Below the pieces are notes generated by a model. It was not told the DNA's origin, ran no database searches, and saw nothing but the letters and a program-made list of their open reading frames with translations. A program made the position numbers and the translations under genes. From contig CM060733.1 in the NCBI GenBank assembly GCA_030704615.1, positions 23,870,001 through 23,934,000 of the forward strand: a stretch of DNA of 64,000 bases, read 5' to 3'. The number at the start of each line of letters is the position of its first letter. Position 1 is the first letter of the stretch. The DNA comes from Takakia lepidozioides (lineage: Eukaryota; Plantae; Bryophyta). Positions 1-11,584 of the stretch are shown one piece after another.

Positions 1-68
1 TAGTGTTGACAGAATCTCAGAGAGAGAGAGAGAGTTTGGCCAGCCATGAAACACACTACCTATATCTA

Positions 69-505
69 GGGTAACTGTACTTATCATTGCCCATTTAAGA
101 CTTTGAGAAGCCATAACTTGTTCATATGATCATATTCTGGTGCAAAATTTGGACCTAGGGGGAGGTTGGCAAGTTGGCTTCGAAACCCAATTTACGAAAT
201 TTACAAATCCCAATACACTGCCTTGAAGTGTTGGGCACAGCGAGCCTATGTAATCTGCATAAAACCAAGTATCATTGCCCCTATCATTGCACACTCTTGC
301 ACCTATCTTTGCCCAACAGGAACCCGGTCATTTCTTGACGATTTCTTGACGATTCAATGCTTAACCGAACCCCTAAGCACGGGTGTGCGTCGACGCTTGT
401 ACGGCTGGGATGCGCAATCATAGGGGTTTGCGCTGTCCAAGGTGCGCAATGATAGAGGCTGGGGTGCGCGATGATAGGGGTTTGTGCAATGATAGGTAGT
501 TACCC
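69..505. mobile_element. MITE / non-autonomous TIR element
   Basis: Left end GGGTAACTGTACTTATCATTGC and right end GCAATGATAGGTAGTTACCC are inverted repeats (2-nt indel, one mismatch). TA flanks both ends (67-68, 506-507). Internal TATCATTGC/GCAATGATAG subrepeats. Confidence 0.75.
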
Positions 506-1308
506 TATACCTACACAGCTAGGTACCTTGTCTTTGTAATCCATTTCTGCCGTGGTTTCCTTTGTATTCTACTCTGGGATTTCTGGACAGAGTTCACCAG
601 TGGCTTGAAGGTAGATTCGTTCGTGAGTTAGAAATGGATGCTGTGGATGATAAGTTGATCATATGGTAACTTGTTCCTGTGGCTGAAGTGGATCAGGCTC
701 CCCTCAATTATCACCTTGTCCACAATATTTTGGGTGTGCTCTAGGCTGGAATTAGCAAAAGAGCGGAGCTATAGACAGTTCAGAGGAGAGCACAGCATCC
801 AAGAGCAGACCCATGGTGGACCAGTGAGTTCCTAGCCAGCTTGTCATCAGCATTCTCTGGGTTGTTGCCTTAGAAGACCACAATGTGGTAGTGTAGAAGC
901 TTCCACGAGAGAGAAATGAAATGATTCTAAGAAAGAGAATCACTCCTGTGCGGGCCAGAGATGTACTAAAAGGACGTTGTTTGCCGAAGCCTTGTGGCCA
1001 TAGACGGTGAGAACACAAATCGTGGAACACGCATTCTAAAATTCACACATTTTGATAAGATGCAGGTCCTGTCACCTTTGAGCAGACATTCATTCCTAAA
1101 TCGAGGACCCAAATCGAGATTTCATCTCATTGCATGCATGACACGCAAAGGATCGGCAGGCTGACAAGTCGCTCTCGATGCGGTGATGAGGCGGAGGAGC
1201 TCGGATTATGCTCGAAGAGTATACAGACAAATCGAACCAGAAAGTACAGAGATCCACAGAAAAGAAGGGAGAAAAAGATAGGAAGGACGGTATACGAGTT
1301 TGGAAGAG

Positions 1309-2619
1309 ATGGCAAGGGGGAAGAGAAGGAGAGTGCTGGTGAGCGTGGACGAGAGTGACGAGAGCACGTACGCTCTCCAATGGGCGCTGGACCATTTGAT
1401 CCAGCCGCAATTGCCTTCAAGTGGTGACGGGGGTAGTAGCGAGCCGGGCGACGCTGTGATTCTACTTCATGCGCAGCCTGTGCCACTGGTGTATCCGCCG
1501 GGTCCGGGCATGCAGGCTGGTCTCTCTCTCTCTCTCTCTATCGATGCATGAAGATGGTCGTGTCCTCTGTTGCCTCTTACCGTCCATCTTTTCTTCTTGA
1601 TCTCTTTTATTGTGTAGTGTATATCTTTTGAAGTACTTGCTGGCAGGCCATGTCTGTCAGTCAGGTGAAGTAAGCTGTGTAGCCGAGAGGATCCTCACCA
1701 TTCCTAGTTATTTTTGTGAGCTGACTGGCATGATAATTCCAACTGTTTAAACTGAGATGTGGGCTGTGATGGTCTTTGAAAGGGGGTAGTGGGTGTAGTT
1801 GCAGCTATATGCTGGAAACTTTGTGAGTTCTTCATGTGCTGAAACATGCTGGTATGTGTTTGAACGACAATGGAAAGACGGGATGATGAAATGGTCCAGT
1901 ACAGGATTATATGTGACACCTGAGGTTACGGACAGCCTGCGCAAGTACCAGGAGAACATAAGCAGGAATATCCTATCCAAAGCAAAGGAACTTTGCACTG
2001 CATCCCATGTGAGTCTAGCGTTCACTTTGTTTGTCCATAACTCTCTTTTTGTCACGGCTCTCTACCACTCTAATCTCTGTGTCTAAGTTGTCTCTCTACG
2101 TCTCTTTTGAGTAAATTCTAGGAGATAGTCTTAGGGACTTAGCAAATCTCTCTAGAATGCGATCTTTTTAGAGTTGCATTGGCTTTCCGTTGAGAGAATT
2201 CTAGAAAGACGGGTCAGGCTCCAAATTTTTGAGCTGCGGTAACTGAAGGGTTGGGGGCCTAATTGACGGGATCCCAGAATGCCGATGTCTCTTGAACTCT
2301 TGGTGATGTAGGTGCTAGCCATGACCAGGGCGGTCATCGGGGACGCAAGGTATGTTATTTGCGGAGAAGTGGAAAGTGAACAAGCGGACTTGTTGGTGAT
2401 TGGAAGCCATGGCTATGGTGCTATTAAAAGGTATGTTCGATCGGTTTGGTATTGTGAGGTGCAAGACGACTTCGAAATAGGAGAAAGTTGGAACGTTGAA
2501 ATGTACACATTTCTGATCCTGTTTGGTTGCCTGAATGCAGAACTTTCATGGGCAGTGTCAGTGAGTACTGTGTGCGCCAAGCCAATTGCCCCGTTCTTGT
2601 TGTCAGAAAACATACATGA
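1309..2619 (+). CDS. Universal stress protein A-like protein, 4 exons (1309-~1507, 1905-2008, 2312-2430, 2541-2619)
   Basis: Spliced translation has Usp hallmarks: VLVSVDESDESTYALQWAL, VIGDARYVIC, LLVIGSHGYGAIKR-TFMGSVSEYCVRQANCPVLVV. GT-AG junctions and phases fit for introns 2 and 3; the exact donor of intron 1 is uncertain. Confidence 0.9.
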
Positions 2620-3930
2620 CAAGCAAAGGCAAATTTAATGTACAGCGAAACAGAGGTTTGATAATGAATGTTACTCTGAAGGCTAATAACTTCAAAGAAC
2701 TGGGTGCTAATTTTTGGAGACAGCTCCACCAGCATTCCTAATTTTAGGAAGAAGTAACCAAGTCACAATGAATAAAGTCGGTGGATTTTTGCAACCCATG
2801 GATTTCATCAACAAGCATGCTTTTGCTAAACTCTGGTGTCCTCGGGCATGCAGCCCACAAGATTAAGGGTGTCGTGGCTTTTCAGGTGCCTCATGCCTAT
2901 CATGCCTTGCATTTCAGTCTGTCAAGACTACTTTTGAAGCCTGGTTGAAAGGTTGTCTAGTAATATGGATGGGAAGCAAGTTGGCCAACACCTGTTGGAA
3001 GGCATCTGAATCAGATACTAATAGTATTTCTGTTAGAGAGGAGAAAAAAATATTTTGTCCTGTCAATGCTAGCCTTATCAAGGGGTGCTTCCAGGGATCT
3101 GAGATTCCGCCGACTGTGAAGCAGGAGTGTTATGATGTGGAGCTCTATGTTTGGACAAATGTTGATGTTGTGGATGATGAGGCACAGAAGGCACTCCTCA
3201 ATGAGTTTTGTTGAGGTACCTGTTGAAATCAATGGCAAGAAGCTTTTGGAGGCCAAGTGCTTCAAGTGATCTGGGATTTTTTTAAAGCTTGTTTGTGCAA
3301 AGATCTTTCCAATTCCTTGATTCCTCCCATTTCTCGATCATATGGCTTGTAAATATGGCGGATAGGAAACAGTGATGATGGCCAGTAAGGATGATCTCTC
3401 TTGACCATAAATAATTTTCCGGTTGGCCCATACCTTAATTTTTCCCCAGTGCACAAGAGAGAACACAGATCTGAATGCATTTTTTCACTTCTGGCTTCCC
3501 AATGTGCAGTAAACTTGGGTTACTGGGCTTGGCTTGGGCCTTAGTTGCTGGTCTGGGGCACATTCAATTTGGAGTTCTGCACATCAAAGAACATCTTCTG
3601 CAAACCATGGATGTTGTGAGGATATGAACCCTGCAACAACCTAAACCTTCTTATGCTCAGCGAGTCCTATGGCCGTACTGCAGATCTAATTTAAGCTCAA
3701 TGAATTATTTCATTTCCTTTAGTATAGATCGTGAAATGTGATGAAAAGGCTTCTGTCTTGTGATGGGGAGAACCCCATTGCAAAAATGTCATGATGCTGC
3801 ACCTTCCCAGCCAGCACCTGCCATAGACCATGTGTGAACCATCACCTCTTTGTTTTCTGTACCATTTGTGCAGTTGGGGCCTCCCTGAAAGCAAAGGAAA
3901 AAAGAAGCAGCAAAAGTTTAAAATGTGATT

Positions 3931-4003
3931 TTCCGTAACCGGGACTCGAACCCGGGTCGCCTGGGTGAAAGCCAGGTATCCTAACCATCTAGACTATTAC
4001 GGA
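3931..4003 (-). tRNA. tRNA-Glu (anticodon UUC)
   Basis: Reverse complement TCCGTAATAGTCTAGATGGTTAGGATACCTGGCTTTCACCCAGGCGACCCGGGTTCGAGTCCCGGTTACGGAA folds as a cloverleaf: acceptor TCCGTAA/TTACGGA, anticodon stem CCTGG/CCAGG, GGTTCGA T-loop, downstream T-runs. Confidence 0.96.
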
Positions 4004-5157
4004 AAGATGTACACAGGTCATGGTGAGATATATTTGTACAGATTTTTCTTCCCTCCTTGTTTTGAAAGAATAGAAAGGGGACCTTTTGAACTCTTGGGTT
4101 GTTCAATGGAAGAATGCCGGCGTCAACTATTTAGAAAACTTGCCTCTTTCGTGAGCAAATGCCGACTTCCATGTGCGCTGTCTAGACAGTATCCCTTTGC
4201 TCGTTTGTGAGTAGGTTGAGTGTGGGGATTCGTAACCATGCTCGACCTGCACGGTTGGGTCTAGCTGCCAAAGATACCTCCACTTGCATTTTTGCCCGGT
4301 TTCAATGTGTAGAGTGTAGATGTAGACCAGAGTCCATTTTGTGGCAAATCTCATTAGGAAGTGTGTTTTTAAAGACAGCATTATACATTTCCTTCTCCTG
4401 TTTGTGGAAGAGATGTGTGCAACTTCGTGACGTGCATCCCACTTGGATCTTGCCACTGTCTGCAGGTAAGGGTGATATCCTAGTAACAAACCTGTCCTGT
4501 AAGTAGAAGGTGGTATGCCAGGGAGGGAGATTTTTCAGAGATTTTGAAAAATCAGAGATTTTTCAAAGATGAAACTTGACAAGATCTAAGGATCTCCCCC
4601 TGAACAGATGCCAGATTGAAGCGGTAACCTTCGCTTACAAAATGAAACTGCTACATGAGTAATATATTTTTCAATGATAAACTGGGCAGGTGTAGTTTTC
4701 TATCAATGCACGCAAACAGTCACCCTGTTGAATCCTCAAAGACAGTCCAGCCAAATACCAGTCCATTCAAGCAGCAGGCACATGACATTTGGCCCATCTC
4801 CAGTAGCAAGCATGGTATGTCCAAAGTGTTTTTTGGAAATCCAAGGAAGCTGCCACTTCGTAGCTGCCCTTTATTGTTAGTCACTTAGAATGAATGTTGT
4901 TGTAACTACAAAATCGACTGGTCCCTGTTCCTATGTACAGACACCCACCACTCTGTCTGTGGTAGGGATTGTGTGAGGGCCCAGCTACATGTAAACCACT
5001 ATATGAGATAGAAGCTAACCTCCACTGGCATGAATGGGATTTGTATTTCTTTCAAATCAAAAGGAAAACAAATTTTTTTCTTGGGAGGGCTACTTGCGCA
5101 GCTGCCATCGGATGAAAACAAATAATGGAAACTGCGGATGGATCCACGAGTCCCTCT

Positions 5158-6168
5158 TCACGGAAGTGTCCGACAAGCCTTAGTGAGAGGGCTCCACAGA
5201 GCAGGTAGCAAAAATTTGCGGCCATGGATCCCGAAGGCATTGAAACTAGCATGCGAGACATTGGCGGTTAGCAGCAGTCCTGGGTAGCCTGGGTACGACC
5301 CAGGCCCAAATTCGCCCTGGCAAGCAGTCGCTGCCTCCAAAGGTACACCTGGATCTCCTTGATAGTATCCAGTGTTGAAAGGATTTGAGGCAGCGCCAGC
5401 CAGAACGGTGGCTATGTTGATGATCATGCCGTCCGCCCCCACATCACCATTCGGGGAAACTAGAGGGGTCTCCTGAGGGGCACCGGGGAACGTAGGAGCA
5501 GCGAATGGCCACGCACATTGGCCAGGACATTGGGCACCTGCATGACCCACCCAACCGTATGGCAATGCTTGGCCATTTGTTATCTTGCTCGCAGGTATAA
5601 CTGCGTGGGATCCGCAGCTGGAACCGCAGAAGCCTTCAACATATACATTGTAAGCCGTGAACACCAAATACAATGCATTCGGATCAGCAGCCCCAAAAAC
5701 AGGTAGGGACCTCGTCACCAAGGTCTCAATGTCAACCATCTTGAGGTTCTTGCCCAGCGACGCACCCCTGTCCGTTACCTGCTTCACCACCTTCACCAAA
5801 GGCGACACTCCCTGTCCCTTACCATCCTTGTAGGCCCCAGTGATCCCCCACCAGCTGCTCACAGACGGGCTCCCAAGCACCCCGCTCAGCTCCTTCGCTG
5901 AGGGCGTCAACGACGCAAGGAAGCTGAAAATGGTACGATGTTGGGCCTTGGAGAAGGCTCCATACCAGATGATGTAGATTGGAATGCCGGAAGCTGAGGA
6001 GAGCACCGGGCCGTTGTGGTAGGGCAGGATCAGAGCTGCTGGTTGCACCAGAAAAAGTTCCCTTTCTGCAATTTCACCCTTGTGTGGAGGAATGTTGGCT
6101 GCTCGCGTGTGCACAGCCACGGCTAGAGTGAGCACAATAGCAATCCATAAAAAAATTGACAACCCCAT
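5158..6168 (-). CDS. EXORDIUM-like / phosphate-induced protein 1 (Phi-1) family secreted protein
   Basis: Single-exon 336-aa ORF with an N-terminal hydrophobic signal and family motifs LPYHNGPVL, IYIIWYG, PSVSSWW, VEGFC...CGSH, QCPGQCAWPF, SPNGDVGADGMIINIA, PLEAATACQG.FGPGSYPGYPG, GRKFLLPALW. Confidence 0.95.
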   Translation of the reverse strand: MGLSIFLWIAIVLTLAVAVHTRAANIPPHKGEIAERELFLVQPAALILPYHNGPVLSSASGIPIYIIWYGAFSKAQHRTIFSFLASLTPSAKELSGVLGSPSVSSWWGITGAYKDGKGQGVSPLVKVVKQVTDRGASLGKNLKMVDIETLVTRSLPVFGAADPNALYLVFTAYNVYVEGFCGSSCGSHAVIPASKITNGQALPYGWVGHAGAQCPGQCAWPFAAPTFPGAPQETPLVSPNGDVGADGMIINIATVLAGAASNPFNTGYYQGDPGVPLEAATACQGEFGPGSYPGYPGLLLTANVSHASFNAFGIHGRKFLLPALWSPLTKACRTLP

Positions 6169-7736
6169 ACCAATCTAGCTGCACTGGAGAGTGTAATGCA
6201 GAAAGAGATGATCCCAAAGCCACTGTCGCGTGCACAGAAAGAAAAGAAGCCCCGCCTCCAATTACAGACAGCACTGAATCAAAACGAATCCCAGCTCACC
6301 CTGGTCCCTTCCAGAACCAAACACGGGGGGATGCTACAAGAAAGAACAAGAGGAAGGAAACTCAACTACTGATGTGTATAACTGTTCTTGAAAAAAACTG
6401 CAGCAAGCTGTCGAGGGGATCCAAGAGAGGAAAGAGAGAGAGAAAAACCTGACGATCCTAAGCAGGTACCCAGAGATACTCAGTAGCAAAATAATCTACA
6501 ATGCAGTTGCGAGAGCCTGCTTTATGTCCAAAGGGAGGAGGGGAGAGACATGGAAGACAGCGTTCAAATCGCCGTGGCCCTCGTCATAATAATACCACGG
6601 CCTTAGGCCACACGGTATTGCATGCCACTTCCACTATCCATCCCAACCATGCTGGGCCCCATGCATACCCATGCATACACATAGCCATGTGCATGAATTA
6701 ATAGTAGATACCTAATTTAATATTATCTATAAACTAGAACACAGCTTGGAAACAAGAACAGTATTATTTATTTATATGGGGAAAAAAACTAAAACAATAA
6801 TATTCATGTAATATTGTATAAATCCAGAACGTTCGGATTCGCCATTAAAATACCACAAATTGCCAATATTACAATTTAGCTCTATATTTATCAGATAAAT
6901 GCATTATCCAGAATAATACTAATTAAGTTCATGGCCGTTTCATATAATAAAGATTAATAATTATTAAAATGAAACAACAATAAGCCGTTACAGGGCCTAA
7001 ATAAAGGGAGCAGTATGTAGTAACTTAATAGTGGGTTAGCTGTTAACGTATTAATACGATATAAGTTACGATGCGCTGGCAAAACGGCTCTTTCACTGCC
7101 AGTAGCCATGTTTAGCCATCCTCCGACTCTGTGTCTGGCTAAATGCGGCGGAATATGGCGAAACCAGCTCGGGGCCAATCGCCAGGCTGTCATCCGGGGG
7201 GCGACATTCGATATCGATGAATGAATTTCAGAGCCAACGATCATCCATTCCACTCCACGGGGATGGGTCCTTGGCGGGAAGGCGCGGTGTTGGCTGAGTG
7301 ACTCAGGCGTGCGAAGAGCAGCAGAAGCAAAGCGGCGGTGTGTGTGTGTGCCAGCCTGCCTTCTGCCTTCTTCCTCACGTCTTTCCTCTCTTCTTCCTCT
7401 CCCCTTCTCCGACCCTTCCTTCTTCCGCAAGTCAACGTCCTTAGTTCTCACCTCTTCCCCAAGTTGCTGCTTGCTTCTGCAAGAAGGTTGTTAACTTAGT
7501 TGTTACTTAGCTGTCACCTAATCTTGTGCCAGACAGCTGAAGCAGTGAATGACTCCATCTTGGAAATCCTTGAGAAAAACAAAAAACCAAAAAAAATCCT
7601 TGAAAGCGATGGAGTAGGTGCTGCACCTCGCTCAGCGTACTTACCATTCCCCTATGAATGTTGCGCGAGGAAGTGATGAGGCGGTGTTGAGCTTGCATTC
7701 AATTAAATTGAACATTGTACTTAGTACCTTAAGTTG

Positions 7737-7802
7737 AACATAGTACCTACCTATTGACCTTGAATGTGAAACATAGTACCTACCTATTGACCTTGAATGT
7801 GA
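7737..7802. repeat. Perfect 33-bp tandem duplication
   Basis: AACATAGTACCTACCTATTGACCTTGAATGTGA occurs twice in tandem. Confidence 0.9.
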
Positions 7803-10800
7803 AATGCAAACAATGACACCATTTGGGTCCTGGCCCCTGGGACTGGTCACTAAAGAAGGAGGAAGAGATTCTGGGGTATCATGCCAAGGGATGCCTGGAA
7901 GTTGGGGGTGGGAAATGCAGGTGGGCGGTAAGGGCAGGTGCCAGCAGGCACAGCTTGGCCGCACGCTCAGAATGTCCCTTCTTTATGGCACTTAAATGCA
8001 GGCGTCTTGTTTCTTTAGTATGTTATCTCCTCCATGCCTGTGCAGAGATGCGTCAGAGTGATGGACTTGTTTGGATTGGATGGGATATGTAATGGATTGC
8101 TTGCACAACAAGCAGGAAGGAATGACTGTGTCGTCGCTGGATGGGAATTGAGTCATGGACTCATGATGCTAGACGTCTTCTCCTATAAGTAGAGAGAGAT
8201 GTTATGTATGTAAGCAAGAGGTATGTTGTTTTCATCATTTGAAACACGGGTGGTACGTTGGTACTAAATTCCAAGATAGGTAGAATGAGAGGAAGGAAAA
8301 GATTATAGAAGAGTTGTGTGTCCGTTCTTGCGGAGAGTGTATAGTACGAGAGGAAAGATAGACATGAGTTCCATGTTGTGCACGTTGGGCTTGCTTGGCT
8401 GGCTGATGGCTGTACATCCATGGAAAGAAAGCCTGGCAAAACCTGCTGCATTCTTGGCAGACGTGCCTTCCACTTCCATGCCAAATTTCATCTTATGGGT
8501 CTCCAAAGTCTGGCCAAATTGTGATATGATTGGGTCTTCAAGGGTTAGGCAAACTACCTACTGCACAAGGGGAAAAAAGGGAAATTATAAATTCTATTGT
8601 AGGCATCCAAACTTCCTCTTCACTCTAGTTTGTGAATACTCATTTTCCTATCAATAGTGAATAGCAAATTTAGAGTTTCGTACACTTACAGCTTAGCAGG
8701 ACGTTACATTGTCACCCACTACATACTAATCAACTCTCAAGAGTAATTTCTTAGTATGAGTAACATAACTACAAAGGCTTCTCCTTACAAAACAACAAAC
8801 ACCTACTTAACACATATCCATACACGTACATTCTATCGATCTCTCCTCACCTTCCGCCATAATTGTTTGCAAATCAGCCTGATACTGCGAAGCGGAAGGG
8901 AAGAAGATTTTCCTCAGAACAAATCCCCTGCCCAAGTCCACTATCCTGTGAACGTCAGATCAGAGATTGATCTAACAGACACACATACAGAGTGCAGACC
9001 CAACAATCCCAGCCATGAATCAAATGGTCTAATGATTGAAAGAAATGGATATGTAGGTGTAATAATGGCACGTCCAAGATGCAGGTGTGGGGCAGCCTGC
9101 ACACAGGGAGCCGTCTTCAGTGAGCCAAACAGTGAGCGCGCCAAACACCCTGACACAGCGTCACGTGAACAGTGAGTGCGCTGGCTGTCCTCTTGGCCCC
9201 CTAATCACGCCCCACTAATTACACTTACAAGTTTTTAACTAGCACTCTAATCTTGATTACTCACCATTCCGACATCATCATGTGCTTGCTGTATTGCTGA
9301 GGGTATTACTTACATGGCTGTCATTCTGGAGCTCTCTCTCATCTGTGGAGGATCATTGGATCAAGGAATGAATGAATGAACCTCCTCTATGCAGTGATAA
9401 GTGTCAAATCCAGATTGTATGTATTCCAACCTGGCCTTGATCTGGCGTTTACCAAGTAACGCAATGACCATTTCCTTGTCTTTTTCTTCTTGGGTTGTCG
9501 GGTATTTTCTTTTATTGTCCTTCTATGTAAAGACAGGGCTCACCAAAATTGTCCATTGGCTTCCCCACCATAATCCCCCCCAACCAAAAAAAGGATGTTG
9601 AGGGCAACTTCACATTGGGGCCAAAATCCAAGTGATTCTACTAGTTGAGCTTGGCTTTACACTTGGTTAGAAGGCCAAAACAATTAGGAGCCTATACTGG
9701 GGCTCCTCCTAGCCCAGTCAAATCACAACACGCCACCAATCTGTTGCTTATCAGCAAGGTTTATTGGGCAACAACAACTCTGGGAGAAGAGCTACAGCTA
9801 ACTGCAAGGCATCCAAGGGCAGCCTCAGAAATGTTTTTGAGGTTTTGGCCCCTTGTTTGGGCCCTGGTGAGTTTACACTTGGGGGCCTAAGCATTATATT
9901 ACTTTGAAGTTCACAGGCCAAGGGAGGGCCCGAGACATCCATCTTGGCTCAGTTAAATCTTGTCCTGGGTCCCTAGGCGCCCTGACATTCCAGAGGACCA
10001 CCCAGAGGAAATCCCGGAGGACAAGTTCGTGAGGACATTCCATGTAACTTAGAGGGCCTCTCAGTAACATATGTACAGCATCAGCCATTTCAAGTTTACT
10101 CTATTTTTAAGGAATTATCCAGTTAGGTGTTGTTGTTGGGGAAATAAAATCTAGAAATCTGTCAACTCGTGTTGACTTTGTTTCAACTCCATAACAATAG
10201 GGAGGGTGCAGAGCAGTAGGGAATAGGGAATATCAAAAAGGCCATGTTTGTAATCAATGTTGAACACATGTATAGTATAGTATGTAAATGTTGTGATAGT
10301 TCTCCTGGATAGAGGGTGGGTTAGTAAGTTTGAGACTTGGAATGATTCTTATTCTTCCTTTTTACGTTGGGAATCTGAAGTGAGGGATGGTTGTTAGAAC
10401 TCCGGACTTGAATGCGCATGTTGGTCACCCGCGCACTTGACTACTCTCTCATAAGGAGCTCTCTAGACATGTTGGTTCTTGCAATCACAAAGGAATCCTG
10501 ACAAACTATTTAACCCCCGCAATCACAATGAGAATCGTGGCACGCTATGTAACATACGCCCGTCATCTTGGAAAACATGCAATTGCCCTTTCCCACACTT
10601 TGCTACCAGCAAAGTAGCTAAGAAAACCAAGATTCCTGCATCTTCAATCTGTGGTGACAATGACAGCATTTAGCACCCGGCACTATTTCAGTTCCCAGCC
10701 TATTTCGCAATTGGGTTGTTGACCATGGTGGTGGTGATGGAGGTGGACCATGGTCAACAATGGTACCAATTCCCTCCCCTCCTCACAAGGTGAGTGCATG

Positions 10801-11246
10801 TGAAACCGGTCAAACTTCAAATACTAGGATCCCTGCCTATGATTGCTATTTGATCTGTCCAGCTTTCATTACAGCTACTGTACTGCTCTGCCTCATCCAT
10901 ACCTACCATCTGCTACTACTATGCATCCATACTAAGCATGCTGGCACACCCATAGCATTTTGCTGTTCACTATTTGCAATGGAGTTTGGCCCAACAATAT
11001 GACTAACATGAAATCAGGAAAAAGAAGAAAAAAAATTGTTTACCATCCATCAAATTTGCAGAGCAAAATTCAAGATTGGGTTCAGAGGAATAAGTAGCAT
11101 CAAATTTGTCAAACATTGTCCTCAAATGAACTCTAACAGCGAGTGCTATGGAATAGAGGAGAACTACATCCTAGCACTAAACCCTTTCTGGCTGATCCTG
11201 TATTCACTATTTGAGAATTGGAGAAGAATTTGCTTCTAGTTTGTTA

Positions 11247-11428
11247 TATTTAAGAAAAAAACTGAATGTGGGCATATTGTCGAAGCAAGTGTAACTTATG
11301 ATGTCACTTGACCCCAAGGACTACTGCCTTCCGGTGGGAAGGTGGACACCTTTTTATGACATCCAACATGTGATCTGAACCCACAAGCACGCGGCTTCTG
11401 CCCTTACCACTCAGCTAGATGTTGGTTG
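11247..11428 (-). mobile_element. tRNA-derived SINE with 10-bp TSD
   Basis: Minus strand has A-box TAGCTGAGTGG, B-box-like GGTTCAGATC, a CCAACAT/ATGTTGG stem and a T-rich tail. Direct repeat TAGTTTGTTA at 11237-11246 and 11429-11438. Confidence 0.7.
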
Positions 11429-11584
11429 TAGTTTGTTAAGAGTTATAACTCCAGGGGAATCCAAGACCTAGGGAGGTGTCACCCGGTGTGAGTTCTGGAT
11501 TTTCCCCAACTCATCCTCTGATTAGGGATCCCCTTTGTTTCAAACCTTTTTACCCCCATAGCTTCAGGAGTTTATTCATACCTA

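Noticed and set aside
2945-3894. Short ORFs between the Usp gene and the tRNA (similarly 14897-15669)
   Set aside because: No recognisable family or coherent exon chain.
8129-9277. Possible solo LTR (TGTCG...CGACA)
   Set aside because: LTR-like composition, but no matching TSD was found, so the boundaries are unsupported.
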